Below are positions 1-9,145 of a stretch of 64,000 nucleotides of DNA, one piece after another. Under the pieces are notes generated by a model. It did not search any database. It saw nothing but the letters and a program-made list of their open reading frames with translations, and was not told the origin of the DNA. Numbering within the stretch: position 1 is the stretch's first letter; each line of letters starts with the position of its first letter. The position numbers and the translations under genes are program-made. Origin of the DNA: Candidatus Latescibacterota bacterium (GTDB lineage Bacteria; Latescibacterota; UBA2968; UBA8231). The DNA lies in the NCBI GenBank assembly GCA_965248355.1, contig OZ252098.1, positions 2,208,001-2,272,000 on the forward strand. The letters run 5' to 3'.

Positions 1-2
1 AG

Positions 3-203
3 CGGCGGGTCTTCCCGCCCAGCGACTATCCCTGGGGGCTGCCGGCGTACGGCGGCGACCGCAACGCCCGGTTCCCCTGCCCCAACGCGGTGGAGGCCGT
101 GGAGAGCCACTTCTCCCTGTCCATCCACGAGAACTGGGGGGAGGCGGAGGTGGCCGACACCATCGAGGCGGTCCGCAGGGTGACAGAGGAGTACGCGGCG
201 TGA
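3..203 (+). CDS. 3' end of DegT/DnrJ/EryC1/StrS-like aminotransferase (partial)
   Basis: Open frame RRVFPPSDYPWG...CPNAVEAVESHFSLSIHENWGEAEVADTIEAVRRV...* resembles the DegT-family C-terminus; 5' end lies outside the window. Confidence 0.6.
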   Translation, partial: RRVFPPSDYPWGLPAYGGDRNARFPCPNAVEAVESHFSLSIHENWGEAEVADTIEAVRRVTEEYAA

Positions 204-225
204 GAACGGGCCGGCACGGGGAGCT

Positions 226-254
226 TTGACTCTCTTTCGGGGCCCGAGTACCTT
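226..254 (+). promoter_or_regulatory. sigma70-type promoter
   Basis: TTGACT-17 nt-TACCTT upstream of the 306 ORF. Confidence 0.55.
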
Positions 255-305
255 CCTTTTTGCAGGCCATTCCTCTTCAGTGAAACCAGAAAGGCAGGCC
301 GTTTC

Positions 306-3300
306 TTGAAGTCCTCCCTCCGGGTGGCTGCCGCCGTTTTTCTGCTCGCCGTCACCGCCGACGCCCAGCCGCGCAGCATCCTCACCGATCACTTCATCAT
401 CACCTACACCCCCGGTACCGAGCGCACCGCCCGGCGCGTGGCCGAGGTCGCCGAGGAGGTCTTCCCCCACCTGGCCGCGGCTTTCGGGTACTACGACGAC
501 TACGCCCCGATCCACATCCGGGTTCGCGACGACTCCGACTACGGCAACGGCGCCGCATCCGACTACACCAACGATGTCCACATCTGGGCCTCGAACCTGG
601 ACTGGGAGATCCGCGGCGAGCACGACTGGATCCGCAACGTGCTCACCCACGAGATCACCCATGTGATGACCCTCGACAAGGCGCGCAAGAAATGGCCCTT
701 CCGCTTCGGGCTCGTGCGGGTGAGCCGTTTCGACTCCAACCCGGACATCTCCTTCAACTTCCCCCTTTACTACCTCACCGCTCCCAAGTGGTGGATCGAG
801 GGCATCGCCCAGATGGGGCCCTACGAGTTCGGCTGGGACACCTGGGACTCCCACCGCGACATGGTCCTGCGCATGGCGGTGCTCGAGGAAGACCTGCACA
901 GCTACAACGAGATGGGGACGCTGAGCAACCGCACCGGCGGATACCGCGCCGAGATGGTCTACAACCAGGGATTCGCCCTGCTCATCTACATCGCCGACCA
1001 GTACGGCCGCGACAAGGTCGACGAGCTCCAGGAGCACGTGGGCTTCCTGAGCTTCGAGGTCGCCATCCGGCGCGTCCTGGGCATATCGGCGGGACAGCTC
1101 TACCGCGACTGGGTGCGGTTCCTCAGGGACCAGTACGATCAGCAGGTGGCCGGGATCCTCACCGAGGGCTTCTTCGAGGGAACCGACCTGGGCGACGTCA
1201 ACGGCGGCGTCATCGACTTCCATCCGGCGTACTCGCCGGACGGCCGCAAGCTGGCCTACATCAGCAGCGAGGACCGCGACTACCGCCTCCCGCGCCTGAT
1301 CATCTACGACCTCGATACCGGCGAGCGGCGCACCCTCGACGGCTGGGTGGACACCCGTGTCTCCTGGTCGCCCGACGGCGAAAAGGTCTACTTCCTGCGC
1401 AACCGGCGCGGGCACAACGATCTCGCCGTCTACGACCTCGACTCCGAGAAGGAGCGCCGCCTCAGCGCCGGGCTGCGGGCCCGCGACCCCCACGTGAGCC
1501 CCGACGGGAAGCAGATCGCCTTCTCCCGCCTGCGCGACGGCAACGCGAACCTCTGTCTGATCAACGTGAACGGCACGGGCCTGCGGCAGCTCACCGACTT
1601 CGAGGACGGGGCCCAGACCTACGCTCCGCGCTGGTCCCCGGATGGGGAATCGCTGCTCTTCAGCCTCTTCCGGGGGCATGACCGGGACATCGCCATGATC
1701 CGCGCCGACAGCCCGGCCAAGCCCAAGGACTGGGGGCTGCGGGACCGCAAGGCGAAGGGCCGGGTCCCTTCCGCCGCCAACGGCGACAGCGCCGCGGCCG
1801 ATTCCGGGGCCTCGGCCGGCGGCGGCGCCTGGTCGGACAGTCTCACCTACCCCGATGCCGACTCCTCCGGGTTCCGGCTGGTGCTGGCCACGCGCGCGGA
1901 CGAGCGCGACCCCTTCTGGCTGCCCGACGGCAGCGGCTTCGTCTTCGCCTCGGACCGGGGCGGCGTGTTCAACCTGTACCGCCACGACCTCGCCTCGGGC
2001 GACGTCGTGCAGATCACCAACGTCGTCGGCGGCGCCTTCACGCCCACCGTCTCCGCCGGGGGCCGTGTGGCCTACGCCGGCTACCACGCCAACGACTTCG
2101 ACCTGCGCGAGTTCGACCTGGGCGCCTTCGAGCGCGAGGTGGCCTGGCCCGCCCCCCTGGACCGGGACTACCAGGGCAAGGTCGAGGTCCCCAAGCTGTC
2201 CGAGGAGTACACCGTCACCCAGGCCTACGGGCGCAGGGTGTACGACTTCATCCCCCTGCTGCAGGTGGGGCCGACCTTCATCGGCAACCAGTTCGGCCTC
2301 AACCAGGTCAGCGGCGGCGCCGTCCTTGTGGCCACGAACGTCTTCGGCGGGGAGTTCATCGGCCAGGGAATCCTCGGCAAGAACTTCCGCGAAAAGACCG
2401 ACCTGAACACCGATTTCCTGCTGCTCTACGAGCGCCGGCTCTTTCCCCTCCAGGGCAACAACATCGCCCTCAACCCCTCCCTCTTCGCCGCCTTCCGCAG
2501 GCGCGAGATCGACTACGTCATCAACACGGAGTCGAGGAGAGATACGATCCTCGCGGCGGGGATCGTCTACGGCGCCACCAGCGACACGACGGGCCTGTTG
2601 ATCCCCCGGGCCAACCGGTACCTCTACGATCTCGATACCCGGAAGAACCGCTTCAAGGACGCCTTCGACTTCATGAGCGTCGGCCTCGAGCTGCCTCTCG
2701 GGCGGCGCCAGCAGTTCATCATGCAGTACCTGCGGCGGTCCTACGCCGAGGACTGGGATCTCGAACGGCTGCGCGTCCGCGAGCAGGTCTTCGTCATCCA
2801 GGACAGCACCGACGTCACCGGGGCGCTGCCCCCCCGGTTGGTCAGCCAGGACACGCTGCTCATCGGCCCCGACGATCCCCACACCTGGTACAGGGGGCTC
2901 GAGTTCTTCGACTCCCACGACCTGAGTCTGGCCTGGCGCTACCGCCACCTGAAGCCGACGAAGGACTATCTGGTCAATCCGACGGGCCGCGCCGCGACCC
3001 TGGTCTACCGCTACAGGAAGGCGGGCCTCGCGGACTCGTTGTACGAGCAGTCCTCCCTCGTCGGCGTGCCTCTCGACGTCCTCGCCCCCAAGCGCCGGCC
3101 CGTGACGGTCAACGAGTACATATTCAGCTACAGCGAACGCCTGGGGCTGCCCTTCTACAACCGGCTGTCCCTGGAGGTCCTCGGAGCCTTTCACAACTTC
3201 CGCCTGAAGCCGGGGTTCGTTGAGGGAGGGGGGATCTTCGAAGGGCGGTTCTACTGGCCCCTGCGGTACTATATCGGGGGCCAGAACTTCCTCAGCGGCT

Positions 3301-3797
3301 ATCCCTACTTCTTCCGCTCGGGATCCAAGCTGCTGTACGCGAAGGCCGCGTACAGCTTCCCGATTCTGCGTCGGATCGACGCGCGCTTCCTGAACTTCAC
3401 CTTCGCCAAGGCCTACGCCGAGGTCTTCGCCGAGACCGGCACGGTCTCCAACGCCAGCTCCGTCTCACTCGGCGAGATCGATTTCGACCCCCGGAACGTG
3501 ATCCACGACCTGCCGCGCGTCCTCGAGGAGGACTACCTGTCCGACGTGGGCGCGGAGCTGCGCCTCGAGCTGTTCACCAACTACCAGATCCCCCTGCGCG
3601 CCTACTTGCAGGTGGCCCACCCCCTGAACCGCAACCGCCTGCAGAGGGAGTCGGCCAGGGAGCGGGGACTGGATCCCGAGGATCCCGAGGCACCGCCGAA
3701 GATCGACAAGTGGCGCTACTACTTCGGCCTGGGCTTCTTTCCCGCGGACCTGCTGTCAGCGGGCGGGCGGATCGCGCAGGCCCGGCTGTTCGACTAA
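306..3797 (+). CDS. Secreted/outer-membrane protein: zinc-peptidase-like (HExxH) domain + TolB/PD40 beta-propeller + Omp85-like C-terminal barrel
   Basis: Signal peptide; HEITH...WIEGIA; repeated SPDG/WSPDG PD40 motifs; aromatic-rich beta-strand C-terminus (RYYFGLGF). Confidence 0.75.
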   Translation: MKSSLRVAAAVFLLAVTADAQPRSILTDHFIITYTPGTERTARRVAEVAEEVFPHLAAAFGYYDDYAPIHIRVRDDSDYGNGAASDYTNDVHIWASNLDWEIRGEHDWIRNVLTHEITHVMTLDKARKKWPFRFGLVRVSRFDSNPDISFNFPLYYLTAPKWWIEGIAQMGPYEFGWDTWDSHRDMVLRMAVLEEDLHSYNEMGTLSNRTGGYRAEMVYNQGFALLIYIADQYGRDKVDELQEHVGFLSFEVAIRRVLGISAGQLYRDWVRFLRDQYDQQVAGILTEGFFEGTDLGDVNGGVIDFHPAYSPDGRKLAYISSEDRDYRLPRLIIYDLDTGERRTLDGWVDTRVSWSPDGEKVYFLRNRRGHNDLAVYDLDSEKERRLSAGLRARDPHVSPDGKQIAFSRLRDGNANLCLINVNGTGLRQLTDFEDGAQTYAPRWSPDGESLLFSLFRGHDRDIAMIRADSPAKPKDWGLRDRKAKGRVPSAANGDSAAADSGASAGGGAWSDSLTYPDADSSGFRLVLATRADERDPFWLPDGSGFVFASDRGGVFNLYRHDLASGDVVQITNVVGGAFTPTVSAGGRVAYAGYHANDFDLREFDLGAFEREVAWPAPLDRDYQGKVEVPKLSEEYTVTQAYGRRVYDFIPLLQVGPTFIGNQFGLNQVSGGAVLVATNVFGGEFIGQGILGKNFREKTDLNTDFLLLYERRLFPLQGNNIALNPSLFAAFRRREIDYVINTESRRDTILAAGIVYGATSDTTGLLIPRANRYLYDLDTRKNRFKDAFDFMSVGLELPLGRRQQFIMQYLRRSYAEDWDLERLRVREQVFVIQDSTDVTGALPPRLVSQDTLLIGPDDPHTWYRGLEFFDSHDLSLAWRYRHLKPTKDYLVNPTGRAATLVYRYRKAGLADSLYEQSSLVGVPLDVLAPKRRPVTVNEYIFSYSERLGLPFYNRLSLEVLGAFHNFRLKPGFVEGGGIFEGRFYWPLRYYIGGQNFLSGYPYFFRSGSKLLYAKAAYSFPILRRIDARFLNFTFAKAYAEVFAETGTVSNASSVSLGEIDFDPRNVIHDLPRVLEEDYLSDVGAELRLELFTNYQIPLRAYLQVAHPLNRNRLQRESARERGLDPEDPEAPPKIDKWRYYFGLGFFPADLLSAGGRIAQARLFD

Positions 3798-3822
3798 CTC
3801 CCGCGGCGGAAAGGGCGTTCCC

Positions 3823-3951
3823 TTGTCCAGAGTCGACCTGCGAAAGCTGGCCCTGCGCTGGAAGATCGTGGAGATGCTGCGCATCCACTCGGAGCGCAGG
3901 AAGCTGGCCGAAGCGGTCCGGTTCTGGCGGCGGCTCGTAAGGCCCAACTGA
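3823..3951 (+). CDS. Possible small basic protein (42 aa)
   Basis: GAAAGGG RBS, TTG start, MSRVDLRKLALRWKIVEMLRIHSERRKLAEAVRFWRRLVRPN*, high-GC3 codon usage. Confidence 0.45.
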   Translation: MSRVDLRKLALRWKIVEMLRIHSERRKLAEAVRFWRRLVRPN

Positions 3952-4002
3952 GGGCTGGCTGCCGCAGGCTCCAAGCGGGGGGCTGGCCCCGCCGGGTTCA
4001 GT

Positions 4003-4533
4003 TCAGGCCGTCCCCGGCTCCCGCAGGAGGATGCTCAACCGGCGTCCGTAGCCCACCGCCGATAGCAGGATCAGGCCCGCCGTGAGCCCCTGCAGCCACG
4101 CCGCCAGGGGCGGCTCCCCGGGCGCGAGGGCGTAGGCGAGGATCGTCAGGGACATGGCCCAGGTCGCCGCCTTGCCTGCCGAGCTCGCGCCCATGACCTG
4201 GCGCCGGCGGAGCAGGAAGGCACCCGCGGCCAGGATGGCCGCATCCCGCGCCACTTGCAGCAGCAGCAGCCAGGCCGGGAAGGCCTGCCAGGCCCAGAGG
4301 GCGGCGCCCACGGAGGCGATGAAGACCTTGTCGGCCACCGGGTCGAGGATCCGGCCCAGGCGGGAGGCCTGGTGGAGCCGGCGGGCGGCGATGCCGTCGA
4401 GGACATCGGTCGCTCCGGCGACGCCGAGCACGAGGAGGGTGATGGCACCGGCCTGATCGCCGTCGTCCCGGAGGCTGGAGACGACCACGGGCGCCAGGGC
4501 GATGCGCAGCAGGCTCAGGGCGTTGGCGAGCAC
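4003..4533 (-). CDS. CDP-alcohol phosphatidyltransferase family protein
   Basis: DVLDGIAARRLHQASRLGRILDPVADK matches the DxxDGxxAR...GxxLDxxxD signature. Confidence 0.9.
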   Translation of the reverse strand: MLANALSLLRIALAPVVVSSLRDDGDQAGAITLLVLGVAGATDVLDGIAARRLHQASRLGRILDPVADKVFIASVGAALWAWQAFPAWLLLLQVARDAAILAAGAFLLRRRQVMGASSAGKAATWAMSLTILAYALAPGEPPLAAWLQGLTAGLILLSAVGYGRRLSILLREPGTA

Positions 4534-4563
4534 GGGACGGACCCGACGGCGGCGCCGGGTGGA

Positions 4564-4845
4564 TCAGCCATCGTCGCCGGGAGGCTCGGTGAGGGCTGCT
4601 TCGTCCCCGGCGTCGAGGAACTCCACCTGAAAGTCGCCCCCGGCCCTTTCCACCAGCACCTGAACGCGCTTGCGCGTGTCGTCCAACAGCCGGGCACAGT
4701 CCCGGGACGCGGCGATGCCGCGCTCGAAGACCTCGAGGGACTCGTCGAGGCTGAGGTCGCCCGACTCGAGGCGGGCGACGCAGTCCTCGAGCTTCTCCAT
4801 GGCCTCCTCGAAGGTGGGCGCGGACTCCGGTCTCTCGGTGCTCAC
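4564..4845 (-). CDS. xseB: Exodeoxyribonuclease VII small subunit
   Basis: TFEEAMEKLEDCVARLESGDLSLDESLEVFERG; GTG start overlaps xseA stop. Confidence 0.92.
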   Translation of the reverse strand: MSTERPESAPTFEEAMEKLEDCVARLESGDLSLDESLEVFERGIAASRDCARLLDDTRKRVQVLVERAGGDFQVEFLDAGDEAALTEPPGDDG

Positions 4846-6065
4846 TGGCTCTCCACCTCCTCCACCTGGCATCGGGCCGACCCTTCGGCGAACCGCAGCC
4901 GCAGGCGTTCACCGGGGTGCAGGTCGGCGGTGGACCGCACCCTCCGGCCGTCCCTCTCGCGCTGGCAATAGGCGAATCCGCCGGCGAGGCTGCGCAGCGG
5001 GTTGCGCGCGTCGAGGCGCAGCAGGGACCGGTCGAACCGATCCCGGCGGGAACTCAGACATCCGTCCAGGGCCGCAGCAAGCCTCGCCCGGGACTCGTCG
5101 AGGCCCTGGGCCCGCTGGTCGACGCCATCCATCAGGTGGCCCGCCAAGCGCCCGGGAGGCGAGCCGTCGAGGCGCTGCTGCTGGTCGTCCAGCCGGGCCT
5201 GCACGGCTTGCAGCAGCCGTCCTCGCCGGTCGCCCAGACGCTCTCGCAGCAGGGCGCGCTCCCTGGTCACCAGCTCGGCCGCCACCGACGGGGTGGAGGC
5301 CCGTACATCGGCCACGTAGTCCGCGATGGTGTGGTCGATCTCGTGCCCCACGGCGGTCACCACGGGAAGAGCCGACGCATCGATGGCCCGGGCCACCCCT
5401 TCGTCGTTGAAAGGCCACAGGTCCTCGGGTGATCCGCCGCCGCGAGTGACGACGACGACATCGACCCCGCCGAACCGGTTGAGGCGATCGATGGCGGCGG
5501 CGATCTCGCCCGCCGAGCCCGCTCCCTGGACCCGGGCCGGCGCCAGCACCACCGGCAGGCCGGGAGCCCGGCGTCCCAGGACCTTCACGATGTCCCGGAT
5601 GGCGGCCCCCGTCGGTGAGGTGACGACGCCGATGGCGCGGGGGTAGACCGGCAGAGGACGCTTTCGCTGCGCGTCGAAGAGCCCCTCCTCCGCGAGGCGC
5701 GCACGCAGCTCCTCGAAGGCCAGGGCCATCTCGCCGACGCCGGACGGGCGCATGCGGTATACGTAGAACTGGTAGCGCCCGCCACGCTCGTAGACGGAGA
5801 GGTTGCCGTAGGCCAGGACCTTGCTTCCCGGCTCCGGATCGAACCGGAGCTGCTGGGCGTAGGAGCGGAACATCACGCAGCTCAGCTGACTGCGCTCGTC
5901 GGCCAGGCTCAGGTAGAGGTGCCCGGAGGCCGGCCGCGAGAGCTCCGAGATCTCCCCTTCCACCCAGCAGAACGGCAGGGCTTCCTCGAGGGCCGCGCGC
6001 ACGCGGGCGGTGACGTCGGAGACGCTGAAGGGACCGGCCGGTCCCCGCTCGAAGGCGCCGCTCAC
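4842..6065 (-). CDS. xseA: Exodeoxyribonuclease VII large subunit
   Basis: WVEGEIS, SGHLYL, IGVVTSPTGAAIRD, RGGGSPEDLWPFN, AVGHEID. Confidence 0.95.
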   Translation of the reverse strand: MSGAFERGPAGPFSVSDVTARVRAALEEALPFCWVEGEISELSRPASGHLYLSLADERSQLSCVMFRSYAQQLRFDPEPGSKVLAYGNLSVYERGGRYQFYVYRMRPSGVGEMALAFEELRARLAEEGLFDAQRKRPLPVYPRAIGVVTSPTGAAIRDIVKVLGRRAPGLPVVLAPARVQGAGSAGEIAAAIDRLNRFGGVDVVVVTRGGGSPEDLWPFNDEGVARAIDASALPVVTAVGHEIDHTIADYVADVRASTPSVAAELVTRERALLRERLGDRRGRLLQAVQARLDDQQQRLDGSPPGRLAGHLMDGVDQRAQGLDESRARLAAALDGCLSSRRDRFDRSLLRLDARNPLRSLAGGFAYCQRERDGRRVRSTADLHPGERLRLRFAEGSARCQVEEVESQ

Positions 6066-6066
6066 G

Positions 6067-6882
6067 CTAGTCCTCGTCGCCCACGTCGGCGGCGCCGGTC
6101 CCGGTCAGGGCGATCTGAAGCCGCTCGATCCCGGTGGCCATGCCGCTGTCGTCGTCCACGTCGATCAGGGCGCCGCAGAACCAGGGGACACCGTCGGCCG
6201 GCTTGAAGCGCAGCGGCACCTGGTTCAGGAAGCGCCGGACGGCGATCTCGGGGCGCGTTCCGATGACCGAATCGCGAACCCCGGTCATGCCCGCGTCCGT
6301 CAGGTAGGCCGTGCCCCGCGGCAGGATGCGCTCGTCGGCGGTCTGCACGTGCGTGTGGGTCCCGATGACGGCCGATGCGAGGCCGTCGAGATGGTAGCCG
6401 AGAGCGATCTTCTCCGCCGTGGCCTCGGCGTGGAAGTCGACGATCACCACCGGCGTCTGTCCCTTCAGACGCTCGACCTCGGCCCGCCCGCGCCGGAAGG
6501 GGCAGTCGATGGCGGGCATGAAGGTGCGCCCCTGCAGGTTGACCACCGCCACCGGCCGACCATGGCGCGCCTCTGCGACGGTGGACCCGCATCCGGGGGC
6601 GGCCTCCGGGTAGTTCAGGGGCCTCAGAACGCGGTCGAGGGCGTCGAGGCGGCTGACGAAATCGGCGCGGTTCCAGATGTGGTTTCCCGATGTGATCACG
6701 TCGACGCCGTAGGCGTGGAGCTTGCGCCGGATGTTGTCGGTCATGCCGAAGCCCCCGGCGGCGTTCTCGCCGTTGGCGATGCAGAACTGGACCTCGTGCT
6801 CCTGGATCAACCGGGGGATCAACTCGGCCGCGGCGCGGCGGCCGGGGCGGGCGTAGATGTCGGCGACGAAGAGGATTCTCAA
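6067..6882 (-). CDS. ymdB: TIGR00282/YmdB-family metallophosphoesterase
   Basis: NGENAAGG, TSGNH, DFHAEAT, GTHTHVQT, TDAGMTG; lies downstream of rny. Confidence 0.92.
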   Translation of the reverse strand: MRILFVADIYARPGRRAAAELIPRLIQEHEVQFCIANGENAAGGFGMTDNIRRKLHAYGVDVITSGNHIWNRADFVSRLDALDRVLRPLNYPEAAPGCGSTVAEARHGRPVAVVNLQGRTFMPAIDCPFRRGRAEVERLKGQTPVVIVDFHAEATAEKIALGYHLDGLASAVIGTHTHVQTADERILPRGTAYLTDAGMTGVRDSVIGTRPEIAVRRFLNQVPLRFKPADGVPWFCGALIDVDDDSGMATGIERLQIALTGTGAADVGDED

Positions 6883-6957
6883 ATCGGAGCCCTTCGGGTT
6901 GAGGGACGCGGCGGCACCCGCAACCGGCCTTCGGTCGGTGCCCGGGGCTGGGCCTGT

Positions 6958-8541
6958 CTACCTGGCGAAGTGGACGGCGCGAACCTCGCGGATGACGAGG
7001 ACCTTGATCTGGCCGTGCTGGCCGAGCTCCTCTTCGAGGTCGTAGGAGATCTCGTCGGCGAGCTGATCCGCATAGGAGTCGTCGACGGCGCCGCTGTCGA
7101 CGAGGACCCGGACTTCCCTGCCGTTCTGCAGGGCGAAGGCGTGCTGCACGCCGGGGTGGTCCAGGGCGACCTCCTCGATGTTGTGCATGCGGCGGATGTA
7201 GTCCTCCACCTTCCCCTTCAGGGCGCCGGGCCGGTGGGTGGAGATCTCGTCGGCGGCCTCCACGAGGATGGAAAGGGCGGAGCGGCCGGGCAGGTGGGGG
7301 ATGTGGGTCTCGATGACCTCCACCACCTCGGGGCTCTCGCCGCACTTGCGGGCCAGGGCGGCGCTCGCCTGGGCGGGGTCCGGGCCGGCGTCGTGGTCGA
7401 GGGCCTTGGCCACGTCGTGAAGCAGTCCGGCGCGCCGGGCCAGGGCGAAGTCCATGCCGAGTTCCTCGGCCATCATGCCGGCCAGGAGCCCCACCTCCTT
7501 GCTGTGGACGAGCAGGTTCTGCCCGTAGCTGGTCCGGAAGCGCAGCCGGCCCACGTGTTCGAGGAGGGGCTCGGCCATGTCGTGGATGCCGAGGTCGAAG
7601 GCCGCCTGCGACCCGGACTCGCGGATCAGTTCCTCCACGTCTCCGAGGCACTTGGCGTAGACCTCCTCGATACGGCCGGGGTGGATGCGGCCATCGAGGA
7701 TCAGCTTCTCCAGCGTGTTCCTGGCGACCTCCCGGCGCAGGGGATCGAAGCTGGACAGCATGACGACGCCCGGCGTGTCATCGACGATGACCTCGACGCC
7801 GGTGATCATGTCGAAGGAGCGGATGTTCCGCCCGTCGCGGCCGATGATGCGGCCCTTCATGTCGTCGGAGGGCAGGGGGACGTCGGAGACCGTGCTCTCC
7901 ATGGCCAGCCGGCCGGCGAAGCGTTGGATGGACCGCGAGATGATCTCCTTGGCCTCGCGGTTGGCGTTGGCGATGGCGTGATCCTTGATCAGCCTGACCT
8001 TGCGCGACGCGTACTGCCGGGCGCCCTCCTCCTGCTGCTCGATCAGGAGCCGGCGCGCTTCGGCCATGCTGAGGCCGGCGATCTCCTCCAGCCGCTGCCG
8101 CTGCTGTCTCGTCATGTCGTGGACGCGGTCCTCCTCGGCGGTGATCGACTCCTCCCGCTGGGACAGATCCTGCTCGGTCTTGAGAAGGCTGCGTTCCTTG
8201 CTCTCGAGGACGTCCACCTTGCGGTCGAGCTGCTGCTCCCGATCCTGCAGGCCGGCCTCGAACTGACGCAGAGAGCGCTTGGTGTTCTCCAGTTCGCGCT
8301 CCAGGGGCTCGCGCTGGCGTCGCCAGTCGTCCTTGGCCTCCAGGGCGGCGGTCTTCTTCAGGGTCTCCGCCTCGCCCCGCGCCTCCTCGAGGAGGCGCGC
8401 CGCCAGCTCTCGCGAGGACTCGAGCCGGTTGCCCCGGCGCCTGCTGTTGACCAGCAATCCGCAGATGAACCCGAGCCCGAGCACGGCCAGGGCGAGCGCT
8501 CCGGCGCCGAGGACCACCATCGTCTGGCCCGCCGGCATCAA
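6958..8541 (-). CDS. rny: Ribonuclease Y (divergent HD domain)
   Basis: N-terminal TM helix, coiled coil, KH motif MKGRIIGRDGRNIR, RTSYGQN, LLHD. Confidence 0.92.
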   Translation of the reverse strand: MMPAGQTMVVLGAGALALAVLGLGFICGLLVNSRRRGNRLESSRELAARLLEEARGEAETLKKTAALEAKDDWRRQREPLERELENTKRSLRQFEAGLQDREQQLDRKVDVLESKERSLLKTEQDLSQREESITAEEDRVHDMTRQQRQRLEEIAGLSMAEARRLLIEQQEEGARQYASRKVRLIKDHAIANANREAKEIISRSIQRFAGRLAMESTVSDVPLPSDDMKGRIIGRDGRNIRSFDMITGVEVIVDDTPGVVMLSSFDPLRREVARNTLEKLILDGRIHPGRIEEVYAKCLGDVEELIRESGSQAAFDLGIHDMAEPLLEHVGRLRFRTSYGQNLLVHSKEVGLLAGMMAEELGMDFALARRAGLLHDVAKALDHDAGPDPAQASAALARKCGESPEVVEVIETHIPHLPGRSALSILVEAADEISTHRPGALKGKVEDYIRRMHNIEEVALDHPGVQHAFALQNGREVRVLVDSGAVDDSYADQLADEISYDLEEELGQHGQIKVLVIREVRAVHFAR

Positions 8542-8885
8542 TCGTCGCTTCCGGGGGCGGTGTGACCTGGGTCGCGTGACGCCACCTCTTCGGCCTCGCG
8601 GAAGATCTGTCCGAGGGACTCGGTGAGGCGGTGGGTGCGCTCGGAGAGGTTGGCCTCCACGGTGGAGACCTCGTCCTGCAGATGCATCAACTCGTCTACC
8701 AACTCGAGACCGGCCAGCACCGCCGTCTGGATCGGCGTGCTGCCGTCGTACTGGACCTCGCGCATCTTTGAGTCCACGAGCTCGGCCACCTGCTGGATGT
8801 GGCGGTCGGTCTCCTCACCCCGGGAGGCGAAGGTGTACTGCCGGCCCATGATGGCGACCTTGATCGTCCGGAGGGCGGGCGCCAT
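8538..8885 (-). CDS. zapA: Cell division protein ZapA
   Basis: KVAIMGRQYTF...VAELVDSKMREV...TAVLAGL; pheT-zapB-zapA-rny synteny. Confidence 0.85.
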   Translation of the reverse strand: MAPALRTIKVAIMGRQYTFASRGEETDRHIQQVAELVDSKMREVQYDGSTPIQTAVLAGLELVDELMHLQDEVSTVEANLSERTHRLTESLGQIFREAEEVASRDPGHTAPGSDD

Positions 8886-8890
8886 CGATC

Positions 8891-9145
8891 TCAGGAGTCC
8901 ACGGCCTCGAGGCGCGACAGCAGGCATTCCAGCCGTTCCTTGGCCTGCCGGTTGCGCTCAGCCGCCTGGCGCTGTTCTTCCTCGGTCTCGGTGAGGCGGG
9001 CCTGCAGACGTTCGATCTCCTGCTGGGCCTCGGCGGCGCGCTCCCGCAAGGTGGCGTTCTCGCCGCGGAACTGCTCCAGCCTTTCCAGGAGGCGGTTCAC
9101 CTCCTCTTCCAGGCGCTGAAAATTGCCGTCCACGTTCTCGGTCAT
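8891..9145 (-). CDS. ZapB-like coiled-coil protein
   Basis: 84 aa all coiled-coil ([19 protein letters not shown]) directly upstream of zapA. Confidence 0.7.
   Translation of the reverse strand: MTENVDGNFQRLEEEVNRLLERLEQFRGENATLRERAAEAQQEIERLQARLTETEEEQRQAAERNRQAKERLECLLSRLEAVDS

Noticed and set aside
8530..8545. 6S RNA at the zapA-rny junction
   Set aside because: zapA and rny overlap, leaving no space; the rny-ymdB gap is only about 75 nt
6010..8565. Long antisense or alternate-frame ORFs (e.g. 851 aa here; also 22977-25508, 27354-29534, 61447-63744)
   Set aside because: Shadow ORFs opposite well-recognised genes, expected in high-GC DNA; no motifs
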